From positions 60,299 through 124,298 of the forward strand of contig CAYYWO010000002.1 of NCBI GenBank assembly GCA_964474885.1: a DNA stretch of 64,000 bases. Direction: 5' to 3'. Below the pieces are notes generated by a model that did no database searches, had not been told where the DNA came from, and saw only the letters and a list, made by a program, of their open reading frames with translations. Shown piece by piece: positions 49,199 to 59,739 of the stretch. The stretch comes from Candidatus Hadarchaeota archaeon (GTDB lineage Archaea > Hadarchaeota > Hadarchaeia > Hadarchaeales > JAWBSP01). Numbering within the stretch: the first letter of the stretch is position 1; each line of letters begins with the position of its first letter. The position numbers were made by a program, and so were the translations under genes.

Positions 49199-50661
49199 AC
49201 TGGTACACCAACTTCTTGGAACTTCCTTCTGCCCGAGAGCAGGTCGGAGACTACGGATATCAGGTCCCCCTTTACCCTGACCTGGAGGGCTGTGTCTCTA
49301 TCCCTTATTGTTACGCTACCATCCTTAAGGGAATCATAGTCTATCGTTATGCAGTAGGGCACCCCTGCCTCATCTGCTCTCATGTACCTCCTGCCGATCG
49401 ATCCTGACTCGTCGTACTCACAGTGAAAAGCTGTGCGCAACTGCCGGAAAATCTCCCTCGCTTTTTCAGGTAACCCATCCTTGGAGACAAGTGGGAGCAC
49501 ACAGAGCTTCACCGGTGCAAGTTGCGGCTTCAATGCAAGGACCTTTCTTCCATTCACTTTTTTGAATGAATGCTCCAGCAGGCAATAAAAAATGCGATCT
49601 ATGCCAAACGAGGGCTCAACGACGTGAGGGTAGATCTTCCTTCCATCAATAGTGACGGAGAGATCCTCCCCACTGTGCGAGGAATGTCTGCTCAGGTCGT
49701 AATCGGTTCTGTACGCTATGCCCGCCACTTCCACCCACCCGAACTGTCGGGTTTCCACCTCCATATCCCAAGTTTCCGCTGAGTAGTGGGCCCTCTCGGC
49801 TGGAGGTTGCTCCCTGAACCTTATCCTGTCCTCCGGGATCCCTATCCGGATCAAGAACCTCTTGGCGAGAGCCATGTGGTAGGCCATCATCTCATTGCAA
49901 ACTCTATCAAGCGCCTCCCCAGCTCTCAACTCTACTTCCTCCCCATTGGCACAGTGAAGTTTGAGCCATTCTCCTTTCAGCTGATCAAACGTGGGCGGTC
50001 TGGGATGCTCGGGGTCGAAGAATACTTCTACCTCCGCCATAGTGAACTCCCTTAACCTGATGAGCCCCTGCCTGGGAGATATCTCGTTCCTGTAGCCCTT
50101 CCCTACTGTTGCAACGGCCAGAGGCAGCTTCCCCCTCCCCTGCCTGAAGAGTCTCCTAAAAGCTATGAAGATCTGCTGGGCCGTTTCCGGGCGGAGAAAC
50201 CCTGCCTGCTTCATCTTGGGCCCTATGCTGGTCTGGAACATTATGTTGAAGTCTGAAAGGGTGTAGGAGTCCGAACCACAGTTAGGGCATGTGAGCTTTT
50301 TGGAGGCCAAGAACCTCTCCAGCTCCTCCCTAGACATGCCCTCAACAGACAAAGCAAAGCGATCCTTCACGAGATCCGAGAGCCTGAAGCTCTCCCCGCA
50401 TGAGGAGCACGTCCACATCAGATCTGTAAAATGATTCACGTGTCCGCTCGCCTTTAAGACCTCAAATGGTACCACAGTAGGTGTCTCGAGAAGCAGGCTA
50501 CCCTCCTCCTGCACGTAGTGCTTTTTCCACTCGGAGATCAGGTTGTCCCGAAGGAGGGCACCCAACGGCCCGAAATCATAGAATCCAGCAACACCACCGT
50601 AGATCTCGAAAGATGGCCAAACAAAACCTCTGCGTTTGAGCAGCTCAAGTAGCTCTTCCAT
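49138..50661 (-). CDS. glyS: Glycine-tRNA ligase, dimeric type
   Basis: LRPETAQ, RNEISPRQG, AHYS, EPSFGIDR, SIGRRY. Confidence 0.95.
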   Translation of the reverse strand: MEELLELLKRRGFVWPSFEIYGGVAGFYDFGPLGALLRDNLISEWKKHYVQEEGSLLLETPTVVPFEVLKASGHVNHFTDLMWTCSSCGESFRLSDLVKDRFALSVEGMSREELERFLASKKLTCPNCGSDSYTLSDFNIMFQTSIGPKMKQAGFLRPETAQQIFIAFRRLFRQGRGKLPLAVATVGKGYRNEISPRQGLIRLREFTMAEVEVFFDPEHPRPPTFDQLKGEWLKLHCANGEEVELRAGEALDRVCNEMMAYHMALAKRFLIRIGIPEDRIRFREQPPAERAHYSAETWDMEVETRQFGWVEVAGIAYRTDYDLSRHSSHSGEDLSVTIDGRKIYPHVVEPSFGIDRIFYCLLEHSFKKVNGRKVLALKPQLAPVKLCVLPLVSKDGLPEKAREIFRQLRTAFHCEYDESGSIGRRYMRADEAGVPYCITIDYDSLKDGSVTIRDRDTALQVRVKGDLISVVSDLLSGRRKFQEVGVPVQRSQRMGSETSVNEKKVNE

Positions 50662-50677
50662 TCATCCTTGAAATGAA

Positions 50678-51511
50678 CTATAGAAGAGCTTTCAACAGGT
50701 CTATATCGTAGATCATGCCAGTCAAGCGCCCCTCGGGGGTCACCACAGGCAGCTGCTCTATTTTGTGTTTCTTCATCAGTCTGGCGCATTCCGTTACAGA
50801 GGCCCCCCTAGTCACTGTGATCGCTTCCCTAGTCATCACATCGGAGATCTTCTTTTCCGGCACCCTCAGAATCTTCTTAGTTATGTAGATCCTGTCCTCG
50901 GTATCCCACGCCCAGGTATCTCCCTCGGTCTTACCCCTCATCTGACTCATGCTGGAGCTGGTCTCGACCTCGCACACCTTTATTATATCAAAATCGTCTA
51001 CTACACCAACCAGCTCCCCCCGCTCGTTTATCACAGGAAGTGCCCTCAACCCCGCCAGAGACATTATTTCAACTGCTGCTCCGAGAGGGGTACCCTCCCA
51101 GATGGCCATGAGGTTTTTTCTCATGAAGTCGGATACTGGTCGATCTATCTCCCGCTCACACAAAACGCGGTAGACTATATCCTTGACTGTGATCATGCCC
51201 ACCAGCTTCCCTTCTTGGATCACAGGAATCCTCCTCTGCCCGTGCTCGATGATCTTCCTGACGCAGGCTTCCAGCTCCTCGTCCGGTGAAACCGTTTGGA
51301 CTTCCCTCTCCACCAGCATGGCCAACTGCTCCTCGTCCGGTTTTTCGAAGAGATCCCGGAGGGACACCATGCCAACGAACTCCCCCGATTCACTCCTTAC
51401 CACTGGGATGGCGCTTACGTTCAGCGTTTTGAGCAGATCGAGGGCCTCCTCCCTAGTTCCAGGGAGCTCTGCCCATTTGACATTGCTCGTCATGACCTCA
51501 CAAACCTTCAT
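50678..51511 (-). CDS. Four-CBS-domain protein
   Basis: Four hPVh..G.LVGh repeats. Confidence 0.9.
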   Translation of the reverse strand: MKVCEVMTSNVKWAELPGTREEALDLLKTLNVSAIPVVRSESGEFVGMVSLRDLFEKPDEEQLAMLVEREVQTVSPDEELEACVRKIIEHGQRRIPVIQEGKLVGMITVKDIVYRVLCEREIDRPVSDFMRKNLMAIWEGTPLGAAVEIMSLAGLRALPVINERGELVGVVDDFDIIKVCEVETSSSMSQMRGKTEGDTWAWDTEDRIYITKKILRVPEKKISDVMTREAITVTRGASVTECARLMKKHKIEQLPVVTPEGRLTGMIYDIDLLKALL

Positions 51512-51557
51512 CTTGAATAGTAACGGGAGCCCTTTTTATTGCATTGAAAAGATTTTT

Positions 51558-52220
51558 ATGCGACTGGATCCCAAAGTAACCCAAAAATTCCCCGGCTTCT
51601 GCGTAGGTTACGGGCATGTGAGTGGGGTGACAGTGGAGAAGGAGGTCCAGCCCCTCCTTGAGAAGAGGCAGGAAATATGCACCGAAATCAAGCGGAAGTA
51701 CGGGGAGGTCGAGGTATCCCAAATACCCGAGATAAGGCTCCACAGGGACTTCTTCAAGGCGATGGGAGTAGACCCTTCCAGTTCAAGACCGGCACCGGAA
51801 TACCTGCTCCGGAGGGCTCTGGAGGACAGGTTCCCCAGCATAAACAACGTCGTAGATTGTTGCCTCCTTGTCTCCCTGCAGCACATGGTCTCGACGGGGG
51901 CTTACGATCTGAAAAACGTGACCGGGCAGGTCATCACCACGCTGGCAGAGCAGGAACAGGAGCTAAGCCTCATAGATGGAAGAAAGGCAACTGTGAAAGA
52001 GGGGGAGGTCGTGCTGAGAGACGAGAGGAAAATACTTGCGGGCATAGCCACAGGAGACAGCAAATCCGCCGCGGTCACTTACAAAACCTCCGACGTTCTG
52101 GTCGTCGTCTGGAACGCCCCCGGTATAGGCAGGGAGAAAGTGGAAAAGGCCTTGGCCGATGCGACGGCCTTCCTGAGGAAATATTGTGGCGGACACGTAG
52201 AGAAAACCTGCGTGCTCTAG
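51558..52220 (+). CDS. Stand-alone PheRS B3/B4 domain protein
   Basis: GVDP..RPAPEYLLRR, SINNVVD, GAYD. Confidence 0.85.
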   Translation: MRLDPKVTQKFPGFCVGYGHVSGVTVEKEVQPLLEKRQEICTEIKRKYGEVEVSQIPEIRLHRDFFKAMGVDPSSSRPAPEYLLRRALEDRFPSINNVVDCCLLVSLQHMVSTGAYDLKNVTGQVITTLAEQEQELSLIDGRKATVKEGEVVLRDERKILAGIATGDSKSAAVTYKTSDVLVVVWNAPGIGREKVEKALADATAFLRKYCGGHVEKTCVL

Positions 52221-52690
52221 ATCCCTCGCCTGACCTTAACGGCTACCCCGTAGTCGAAGGCCTTCATCTCCTCTCCTGTCAGGACGGCGCTACCCGTTGC
52301 GATCAGCCTGTCCCTAGAATCCACGACCAACACCTCCTCGGCCGGTCTGATCTCCGGATCGGCCTCCAGAACGTGCTTGCTGAAGACATCCCTACCCCTG
52401 CTGACGAAAGGGACTGCCTCATCCACGATCACCACCCTGAGCCTGGGGAACTTCAAGAAGGAGTGGACACGGAGCGCCCCCTCCTTTCCAAGCGTTATCA
52501 GGCTGTCGTTGGCCCTGACGGAGCACAGATGCCTGTCTTCAACCCATACTTGCCTTATCTTGCCGCCCTTCCCCTTTATCAACCTCAGTTCGCCCTGAAA
52601 GAGTACTTCGCCTACCCCCTCGCCAAATTGGTAATCTGCCATAGCCCTTAGCTTTCTCAATTCCTTCTCAGTGGGGGGAGACCCTCGCAT
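52217..52690 (-). CDS. TGT C2 + PUA domain protein (C-terminal part of archaeosine TGT)
   Basis: ADYQFG, GRDVFSKHV, IRPAEEV, GVAVKVR. Confidence 0.85.
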   Translation of the reverse strand: MRGSPPTEKELRKLRAMADYQFGEGVGEVLFQGELRLIKGKGGKIRQVWVEDRHLCSVRANDSLITLGKEGALRVHSFLKFPRLRVVIVDEAVPFVSRGRDVFSKHVLEADPEIRPAEEVLVVDSRDRLIATGSAVLTGEEMKAFDYGVAVKVRRGI

Positions 52691-53441
52691 CGATGACCAC
52701 ATGAAAGACACCGGGTGAATACTTCTTGACCACCCTTTTCTCCAAAATTTGGACCTTTCTCTCTCCTGCTGCTTCCACGATCCTCTTCACAGGTCTCTCG
52801 AACCTAAGCCTCTCCGGGACTGTCTCATGGTAGTGGATTATGCCTCCCGAGGGCTTCAGGATCTGCATCGCGAGCGGGAGATAAACGCATGACAGGTGTA
52901 GGAGACCCATGATGACTCTGTCCGCCACGCCCAGGGGTGCGACTTTTTCGCAATCCCCTAGCAGGGGGATCACCTTATGCCCAACCCTGTTGATGCGCAC
53001 GTTCTCGCAGAGGTAGCGGTAGGCAACGGGATTCAGCTCGATGGCATAAACCTTGGAGGGGTTTGCATGCTTGGAGATGGGGATTGCGAACTGCCCCACG
53101 CCGGCGAACATATCAACCACCACCTCACCCTCCCGTACCAGTTTCGGAATCCTCATGCGCTCGTAAAGATTTCCCGTCGAGAATAGAACTTGGGACACAT
53201 CCAACTTGAAGAGACAGCCGTTCTCCTTGTGGACGGTCTCCGTCCCATCGCCTGCAAGATGCTCGACAACCGGAACCCGTAGCCTGCCTTGGGTGCCCCT
53301 CCACTCGACCACGGTTTTCACGCCTGCCCTTTGGAGGATTTGCCTCGCAGCGCTTCTCTTATCGCCCGTAAACCCCGGTGGAAAACGCAGGATCGCAACG
53401 TCCCCCAGGAGTCTGTACTTGAAATCAGGTCTTGCCGACAA
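52668..53441 (-). CDS. taw2: tRNA wyosine-pathway SAM enzyme, Taw2/Tyw2-like (Trm5 family)
   Basis: HKENGC, FSTGNLYER, DMFAGVG, ADRVIMG, IHYHE; lacks the Trm5 D1 domain. Confidence 0.75.
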   Translation of the reverse strand: MSARPDFKYRLLGDVAILRFPPGFTGDKRSAARQILQRAGVKTVVEWRGTQGRLRVPVVEHLAGDGTETVHKENGCLFKLDVSQVLFSTGNLYERMRIPKLVREGEVVVDMFAGVGQFAIPISKHANPSKVYAIELNPVAYRYLCENVRINRVGHKVIPLLGDCEKVAPLGVADRVIMGLLHLSCVYLPLAMQILKPSGGIIHYHETVPERLRFERPVKRIVEAAGERKVQILEKRVVKKYSPGVFHVVIDARVSPH

Positions 53442-54807
53442 GGCCCAGGGCCTTCAATACTTTTTTGAGCTGGTTGTTCACATCCCTTTGAGCCGGTTTC
53501 CTTGCGTACAAGATCTTCGCCCCAGCCATGTTCTGGTGCCCTCCTCCCCTCTCCCCGAAGACTTCTGAGAAAATCCGACCGAGATGCAAGGAAGTGTCCT
53601 TTGTCCTGCCCGAGATCCTGACCGCCCTCTCCACGATGCCTCCCACCAGAACCGTTTGGATCCCCTCTAACTTGATGAAGAACTCCGCTACTTGGGATAC
53701 GGTGTCCTCTTCCTCAACCTGACCGACCGAGGTCATGAGGCACGGCCCCACCGTTTTGGCCTTCTTCATGGCAGTTGAAAGCGACCTGAATGTCTTCCAA
53801 GAATACACGGGCGTCTCCAGAGCTGTAAGAAGCTCCCTGTCCGCCTTTTCTCTGAGCGCCGTGTACACCTCGACATCCATCGGTGTGGCGCGGGTCAGGT
53901 AACCCGTATCAGTGAGGATGCCCACCACGAGTGCGGCAGCCAGCAGGGGGTCGATGGAGATGTTCGCGAAGTTCAAACAGTTCGCCAAGAGGGTAGAGCA
54001 GGCACCCACCCTCTCGATATTGACGAGCCTCGCTGTCACCTCCGCGGACGGAACGGCATGGTGGTCTATTATGATGGTCGGCTCCCTGTCCCTAGGGAGG
54101 GCGCAGTAAGCCCTTGAGGCGACATCCACCAATGCAATGGGCCAGAACTTGTCGAAATCTATCTCCTCCACCCTCACCAAATCCACCCCCAGCCTGTTGC
54201 AGAGCACCCTGTTCTGGAAGTACCCGATCTCTCCGTCGTAGGCTATCACGGAGTCGTAGTCGAAGGTCTTTGCATAGGTCTTGAGAGCGATCGCGCTCGC
54301 CAAGGCATCGGGGTCGGGATTCGTATGGGTCAGAATGAGCATTTTGCCCCCAGGGTTTTCCGTCAGCAAAGTCCTCAGGTTCCGCTCAAATTGCCTTTGC
54401 TTGGCCTTTTGAAACTCCTTTACCAGCTCCGCACCTAGAGCCTGGGAGACTCCTATAACACTGCTGGCACCCATTGTTCTGAAATCCTGCTCCAGCATCT
54501 TGTCTGGCACCAAGGCCAAGATCGTTACGTCTTTCTTAAGTTCCCGCTTGAGTCTTGTCACGGTCCTGAGGATTGACAGGGTGTCCTTTAGGTCGAAGTA
54601 AGAGATGAGCACACCATCGGCCCTTTCGATTCCAGCCTCCTGCAAGACCAGCGGATCCCTCGGATCCCCCACTTTCACCTCCCAACCGCTCAACTCCACC
54701 ACCCTTGGATTCGCATCAACTATTACCACTTCCTCCCCTTGCCCCCTGAGATATCTAGCCACCTCGTAGGACAAGTCATTGCAACCCAGCAGAAGGTACA
54801 TCATCAC
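53425..54807 (-). CDS. TrkA-N (RCK) + DHH/DHHA1 phosphoesterase
   Basis: N-terminal GD/RCK motifs; HTNPDPD, IDHH, TDT, GGGH. Confidence 0.85.
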   Translation of the reverse strand: MMMYLLLGCNDLSYEVARYLRGQGEEVVIVDANPRVVELSGWEVKVGDPRDPLVLQEAGIERADGVLISYFDLKDTLSILRTVTRLKRELKKDVTILALVPDKMLEQDFRTMGASSVIGVSQALGAELVKEFQKAKQRQFERNLRTLLTENPGGKMLILTHTNPDPDALASAIALKTYAKTFDYDSVIAYDGEIGYFQNRVLCNRLGVDLVRVEEIDFDKFWPIALVDVASRAYCALPRDREPTIIIDHHAVPSAEVTARLVNIERVGACSTLLANCLNFANISIDPLLAAALVVGILTDTGYLTRATPMDVEVYTALREKADRELLTALETPVYSWKTFRSLSTAMKKAKTVGPCLMTSVGQVEEEDTVSQVAEFFIKLEGIQTVLVGGIVERAVRISGRTKDTSLHLGRIFSEVFGERGGGHQNMAGAKILYARKPAQRDVNNQLKKVLKALGLVGKT

Positions 54808-54822
54808 CTTATAATGTCTTAT

Positions 54823-55803
54823 TTAGGCTTGCTTGGGCAGGAGATGTTCAAAAAGTTTATTTATCAGCCAGCCTTTGGCCTCCTCAAAGGGGACTTCTCC
54901 CGTGAAGCTGGCTGCTCCAGGATGCCCGCCTCCCGTCCCGTTGAAACAGTTCGCAAGCTGGATCATGAGATCTCCCAAGTGCAAACGTGTCTTGTCGCAT
55001 ACACCCGGTCTAGCCCTAGCGGAGATCTTTATCCTCTCCCCGTTCTCTGAACCCACGAATGCCAGATCAGCTCCCAGCTTGAGCAAAGCCACAGCCGCAT
55101 CCGCCTCAAAAGACCCGACCTTTGAGAACAGTACGAGGTACCCTCTTATCTCCTGCATCTCCGCCCTCTTAGCAGCCTTTATCATGGCGATCCTCCTCGA
55201 TATGTCCTCTGGATGCTTCGTGATCTCCAAGGCCTTCTTGTAATCCGCTCCCAGCTTGATCAGTCTGACTATGTTCTCGAATGTCTTGTTCCTTGCGAGC
55301 CTCAAATCCGCTGTATCCGTCAAAATACCGGCCAGCAAAAGGGTTGCCTGATCCGGCGTCGGTTTGACACCCATGAGCTCAAGGAGGTCCAGCATCAACT
55401 CGGCCTCCGAGGTGGACTCCTCATCTATGAAGCAAAGCGAGGTGTGTTTCCGCATATCTGGAACTGGACGATGATGGTCGATCATTATCACCTTCCTCCC
55501 GGCTATCCTACCACAAAGCTGAGGACCCAAGTGCTCAAGGCTCGAAGTATCAACTAGCACTATCTCATCCGCCTCGAGGGACGGGTTCACATGTATCTGC
55601 CTTCCCATTTCGGAGAGAACCTGCCCAGCAAGCTTGCTCACACTTTCACATCCCGCCCAGCTCCTCGCACCCAGCTGGCTCAGCACTTCGCTGAGCACCA
55701 CCGCACTCGCAACTCCGTCCACATCTGCGTTGTCGTGACAGAGCACTACAACTCTCCGACTATTCTCTGCCAGTTGTTTGAGTCTCTGAGCAATCTCCTG
55801 CAT
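54823..55803 (-). CDS. DHH family phosphoesterase
   Basis: HDNADVD, IDHH, GILTDT, GGGHPGAA. Confidence 0.9.
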   Translation of the reverse strand: MQEIAQRLKQLAENSRRVVVLCHDNADVDGVASAVVLSEVLSQLGARSWAGCESVSKLAGQVLSEMGRQIHVNPSLEADEIVLVDTSSLEHLGPQLCGRIAGRKVIMIDHHRPVPDMRKHTSLCFIDEESTSEAELMLDLLELMGVKPTPDQATLLLAGILTDTADLRLARNKTFENIVRLIKLGADYKKALEITKHPEDISRRIAMIKAAKRAEMQEIRGYLVLFSKVGSFEADAAVALLKLGADLAFVGSENGERIKISARARPGVCDKTRLHLGDLMIQLANCFNGTGGGHPGAASFTGEVPFEEAKGWLINKLFEHLLPKQA

Positions 55804-55804
55804 T

Positions 55805-56146
55805 TCACTTCAGCATCGACCGCAACTTTTCTCTTATTTCCTGCAACCTCTCGTTCAATCTTTCCTCCTGTCTTGATAGCACCCTGATCCTGAGCTCGAG
55901 AGTCTCTTTTTCCTCTTGGAGCTCCTTCTGCACTTCTTCTTTTGGTTTGAGCAGGAACAATCTCCCTACAGCTTTGTAAACGGTTGTGCCTTCCTGCAAT
56001 TTCGAGAGGGCTTCAAGGGCCTGTTCTACCTCGCTCTGTAAAGTCTGTAGCTGGATCCTCTGCGTCGCTATCGCCCTCGCCTGCTGCTGCACCTGCTGGA
56101 ACTGCTCCAGCTGGTGCCTAGCTTGGGGGGAGAGTTCCTCACCCAA
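55805..56146 (-). CDS. pfdB: Prefoldin beta subunit
   Basis: Coiled coil, VYKAVG hairpin; superoperon position. Confidence 0.93.
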   Translation of the reverse strand: MGEELSPQARHQLEQFQQVQQQARAIATQRIQLQTLQSEVEQALEALSKLQEGTTVYKAVGRLFLLKPKEEVQKELQEEKETLELRIRVLSRQEERLNERLQEIREKLRSMLK

Positions 56147-56363
56147 TCCTAATCACCTCCTCTATCATTTTCACCCATCGCAACAGAGAATTAAGCATAG
56201 CCCTCAGTTCGGAGGGGTTCCTGGCGGATATATCCAAGAGGATCCGACTCCCGCTACATGCGATCTCCCCCCTTCCCTGAAGCTCTGGGCTCAGCGCCCT
56301 GTAAACCACCTTTGCCAGTGTTTTTTCAGAAAAATCGATTTCTATCTCCGCTTTCGCGCTCAC
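56139..56363 (-). CDS. pcc1: KEOPS complex subunit Pcc1
   Basis: ALSPE, LRAMLNSLLRW; GTG start overlaps the rpoP stop. Confidence 0.88.
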   Translation of the reverse strand: MSAKAEIEIDFSEKTLAKVVYRALSPELQGRGEIACSGSRILLDISARNPSELRAMLNSLLRWVKMIEEVIRIG

Positions 56364-56659
56364 TAGATTGCCCTCACGACTTTTGGTCTGAGAGGCCTCA
56401 GTTTGTATAGAGTTTTCCAACCGCAGTGGATGCAGCGGGGACTAAGCAAATCTGCCCTAGCCTCAGGACTGAAGACCACGTAGGTTCCGCACCCGCTGCA
56501 CTGTTTCCATCCCTGGGATTTACCTTCCGAATCCAGGGATACCTTGGTCCCGCAAACCCGGCATTTCAGGGCACCCTGCTTTATCTCTCTCTCCGTAGGA
56601 GAGATGAGCACGTAGGTGCTTCCGCAATGCTTACACTTATATCTGCTCCACTCGAACAT
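56363..56659 (-). CDS. rpoP: RNA polymerase subunit P (Rpo12), extended, four CxxC pairs
   Basis: YKCKHCG..CRVCG..CSGCG..RCIHCGWKTLYKLRP..KVVRA; sits between rpl37ae and pcc1. Confidence 0.8.
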   Translation of the reverse strand: MFEWSRYKCKHCGSTYVLISPTEREIKQGALKCRVCGTKVSLDSEGKSQGWKQCSGCGTYVVFSPEARADLLSPRCIHCGWKTLYKLRPLRPKVVRAI

Positions 56660-56880
56660 CAAGCTGAAGGAGGTATGTAGGCTGCCCCCGCGATCTTGGC
56701 TCCACAGTACTTGCAGACCCAAATACCCGTGCTCTCTCTGACCAGACGTTTCATCCCGCATTCTGGGCACTTATGGGCGCCCTTCATTCGCTCCTCTATC
56801 TTTTGAACCTCTCTTCTGATCCGCAGCCCGTATCTGGGACCGAACCTCCCCGTGGTTCCTACCTTCTCAGTCCTGCCCAT
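56659..56880 (-). CDS. rpl37ae: 50S ribosomal protein L37ae (eL43)
   Basis: [25 protein letters not shown]. Confidence 0.96.
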   Translation of the reverse strand: MGRTEKVGTTGRFGPRYGLRIRREVQKIEERMKGAHKCPECGMKRLVRESTGIWVCKYCGAKIAGAAYIPPSA

Positions 56881-57647
56881 TATTCGATCACCCTTCTAAG
56901 CTTTTCAGCACATGAAAAAGCCAGCTCCTCGGCCTTAAGCACCTCATCCAAATCCAAAAAACCACCTCCTTTTTGTATTGCACAGATGCTACCGTCCTCC
57001 TTCACACAGAAAGTTATGCGCGCATCCATGATCTCCTCCTCTTCCAACACCGGATCGACCAGCAGGCTCTTGTTGATCTTTGCTATGGTGACCGAAACCG
57101 GTTTGCAGGTGAGGGAGAAATCATGAACCCAGTCGGGATCTTCCGGGGGCCTCATGCTTGCCAATGCTGCCGTCGCCGCCAGCATTGAAGCATCGTATAA
57201 GTTTCCCCCGTGATCCAGCACGTGTATGTCAACATAGAGAACCCAGACCTCCTCTCCCGGTTTGATGCAGAGTTTCTTAAAGTCGATGCACTTAGATTCC
57301 CTGAGCCCTCTGTCCACAATTCTCGCCAACTCTATCGAGTTTTCGTCCGGAGGACCTGGCTCGAAAGTAGGAGAGGCGAGGGGTAGGAGCTCAGCGTTCA
57401 CGATGAGGGCGCCTTCATCAGGGGTGTCTGGGAAGGGGGGCATGCGCTTGGGCTTCACCCCGACCATCACCGCCGTCTCTCCCAGCCTGACGAGGGCGGA
57501 ACCCTCGGCCGGCCCGATCGTGCCTTTCTCGACCGAGATCTGCCTAAACTCGTCGAAGCCCCTCCCGTCAATCCTCTTCCCTTGCTCAATTAGCTTTAAG
57601 ATGCTTTCACGCTTCAGAATGGCGGTTACCTCCTCCCTCTCCATCAC
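56880..57647 (-). CDS. rrp42: Exosome subunit Rrp42
   Basis: [30 protein letters not shown]. Confidence 0.95.
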   Translation of the reverse strand: MMEREEVTAILKRESILKLIEQGKRIDGRGFDEFRQISVEKGTIGPAEGSALVRLGETAVMVGVKPKRMPPFPDTPDEGALIVNAELLPLASPTFEPGPPDENSIELARIVDRGLRESKCIDFKKLCIKPGEEVWVLYVDIHVLDHGGNLYDASMLAATAALASMRPPEDPDWVHDFSLTCKPVSVTIAKINKSLLVDPVLEEEEIMDARITFCVKEDGSICAIQKGGGFLDLDEVLKAEELAFSCAEKLRRVIE

Positions 57648-58363
57648 CCTTGGCCCACCTCCTCGTACTTCTGTCTGAGGGCCCGCCTTTGGAGCTCGAA
57701 GAGCTGCTCACACCCTTTCTTAGCCAGCTCCAGAGCCTGCCGGAATTCTTCTCTCGTTAGGTGCCCGTCCATCTGGAGCAGGGTTATCTTCTTGTCCCTA
57801 CCCGTCATCACCACTGGCATGTCCGCCTCACCATACTGGTCCTCCTCCGCATTCAAATCCAGAACGAGCGTACCGCCGACTTTCCCCACCGAAACCCCTG
57901 CGACCAAGTCCCTGATAGGGATGCCCGCATCCGCCAGCGCCACCGAGCTCGCCGTTACCCCCGCCACCCTGGTCCCTGCATCCGCTTGCAGCACCTCAAC
58001 ATACAGGTCTATCACGGAGCGGGGATACATGTTGAGGAAGAGCACGGGTTCCAGAGCCTCCCGGATCACCTTGGAGATCTCAATCGATCTCCTGTCGGGA
58101 CCTGGCTTCTTCCTCTCAGGAACCGAAAAGGGAGCCATGCTGTACCTGCACCTGAGCAGGGCGGAGTCCGGCCGCTGCAGGTGCCTTGGATGCAACTCCT
58201 TTGGCCCGTAAACGGCTGCTAGAATCTTGTTCTTCCCCACCTCTATATAAGCCGACCCGTCAGCCCTCCTGAGGACACCAACCCTCAGCTTGACCGGCCT
58301 TAGCTCATCGGGCTTCCTGCCGTCTATCCTCCTCCCCTCAACCAGCAACCGCTTCTCCTCCAT
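57644..58363 (-). CDS. rrp41: Exosome subunit Rrp41
   Basis: [31 protein letters not shown]. Confidence 0.96.
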   Translation of the reverse strand: MEEKRLLVEGRRIDGRKPDELRPVKLRVGVLRRADGSAYIEVGKNKILAAVYGPKELHPRHLQRPDSALLRCRYSMAPFSVPERKKPGPDRRSIEISKVIREALEPVLFLNMYPRSVIDLYVEVLQADAGTRVAGVTASSVALADAGIPIRDLVAGVSVGKVGGTLVLDLNAEEDQYGEADMPVVMTGRDKKITLLQMDGHLTREEFRQALELAKKGCEQLFELQRRALRQKYEEVGQG

Positions 58364-59042
58364 GTTTAACGCCTTCCTCTAACAAGGCTTTAATCCTGTC
58401 CGTCAGGCCCGTCGTGTGCGCCTCCCTCTCGATCTTTTTCAGTGCCTGAGAGATCAGCATGAATTTCCTCGAATCGTTCGTTTGAATCACTATGCGGCCG
58501 TTCTGCCCCACCTTCAGCTCGCAGCCCATGACCTGCCTGATCGTGTTGAGCATCGATCTGCGTCTACCTATGACCCTAGGTGTCTTCACGGGTGTGATTT
58601 CAACCAGCCAGCCTTCCTTGAGCTTGCCGTAGCCTTTTCCCCGAATGGAGAGCCTTATTTTTCGCTGCCCCGTCACTTCCAGCACCTTGGCGTAAATCAT
58701 GTCCCCCACGCGCAGAAATGAGCTCAAGTTCACCCGGAAGACGTTGACTTTCCCTATCGCGTCCTGAGCCCAGAGGTCCGCCTCCGTCGGAGCCCTCACG
58801 TCCACCTTCCAACCGTAGGGGTGGGAATCCACCACGAGTCCTATTACATCATCCCCGACTTTCGGCTCGTAGGCTCCTTCCAGAGCTATCACCCCTATCT
58901 CGCCCTTCTTCACCTCCACCAGGCCTGTCACGCAGGAGTATATCCTCTTTCCATCCCTGTAAGCCCCCTTGCCTGCCTTCATCTCCCCTTCGGCCAACAA
59001 CTGCCCAGGAACCACGAGCTCCCTCTCCTTTACGAGGATCAT
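58338..59042 (-). CDS. rrp4: Exosome RNA-binding subunit Rrp4
   Basis: VVPG, YEPKVGD S1 domain, PRVIG KH domain, EAHTTGLT. Confidence 0.94.
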   Translation of the reverse strand: MILVKERELVVPGQLLAEGEMKAGKGAYRDGKRIYSCVTGLVEVKKGEIGVIALEGAYEPKVGDDVIGLVVDSHPYGWKVDVRAPTEADLWAQDAIGKVNVFRVNLSSFLRVGDMIYAKVLEVTGQRKIRLSIRGKGYGKLKEGWLVEITPVKTPRVIGRRRSMLNTIRQVMGCELKVGQNGRIVIQTNDSRKFMLISQALKKIEREAHTTGLTDRIKALLEEGVKHGGEAVAG

Positions 59043-59731
59043 CGGGTTTCCTCCACCTTTATCTCTCCCTTCGTGAGCTGGCTTAATTTGTCCATGAGCT
59101 CGGCGAAGATCCCCGCGGGAAGCTCGAGCTGGAGAAGGAGGCTCCCATCTGATCCCCACTCCTCCTTCAGGGGGTTATAGCTCCTGAGGAGCCCGTAGAC
59201 CTTCCCCACGTGAGAAGCGGGTACTTTGAGCTCCACTTTTTTCGTCTGGAGGCTCATGGGCAGGATTGCGGACAGGGCCCTCACCACCGCTGGCACCTGC
59301 TCCTCCGCTGACTTGAACTCGTCTATTCTCACACCCGCCTGCTGGATCGCGGCCTCTATCCGGGGGGCGGGGTGAGGAGTGCCCGTCTGCGGGTTCACAG
59401 CTTGCCTGGCGATGATGCTCGCTATCTGCTTCAGTCTCTCCTCCCTCATCCTCCTGCGCATCTCGGTCGTCAGCTGGACCTGACCCCTCTTCACAATTTC
59501 GACTGCCGCCTTGAACACATCCGTGGTCCCGAAGGCTCCGAGGAGGTCCTTGGTGGGCACTTCCTCGCCCTTCCTCGCGTCCCGAAAGACTCTATCCACC
59601 GCCAGCAGTTCTCTCACATCCACCTCCTTCCCCCTCTTCAGCTCGAGCGCGAGCCTTGGGTCCACCAGCACCTCAAAATTCTTCCCTTGGACTTCAACTC
59701 GGGCTATCACGGCTTCCTCTAGCCTCACCAT
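59039..59731 (-). CDS. SBDS/Sdo1 ribosome maturation factor
   Basis: FEVLVDP, QLTTE, NPQT..PHP. Confidence 0.94.
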   Translation of the reverse strand: MVRLEEAVIARVEVQGKNFEVLVDPRLALELKRGKEVDVRELLAVDRVFRDARKGEEVPTKDLLGAFGTTDVFKAAVEIVKRGQVQLTTEMRRRMREERLKQIASIIARQAVNPQTGTPHPAPRIEAAIQQAGVRIDEFKSAEEQVPAVVRALSAILPMSLQTKKVELKVPASHVGKVYGLLRSYNPLKEEWGSDGSLLLQLELPAGIFAELMDKLSQLTKGEIKVEETR

Positions 59732-59739
59732 CCTCTCAC

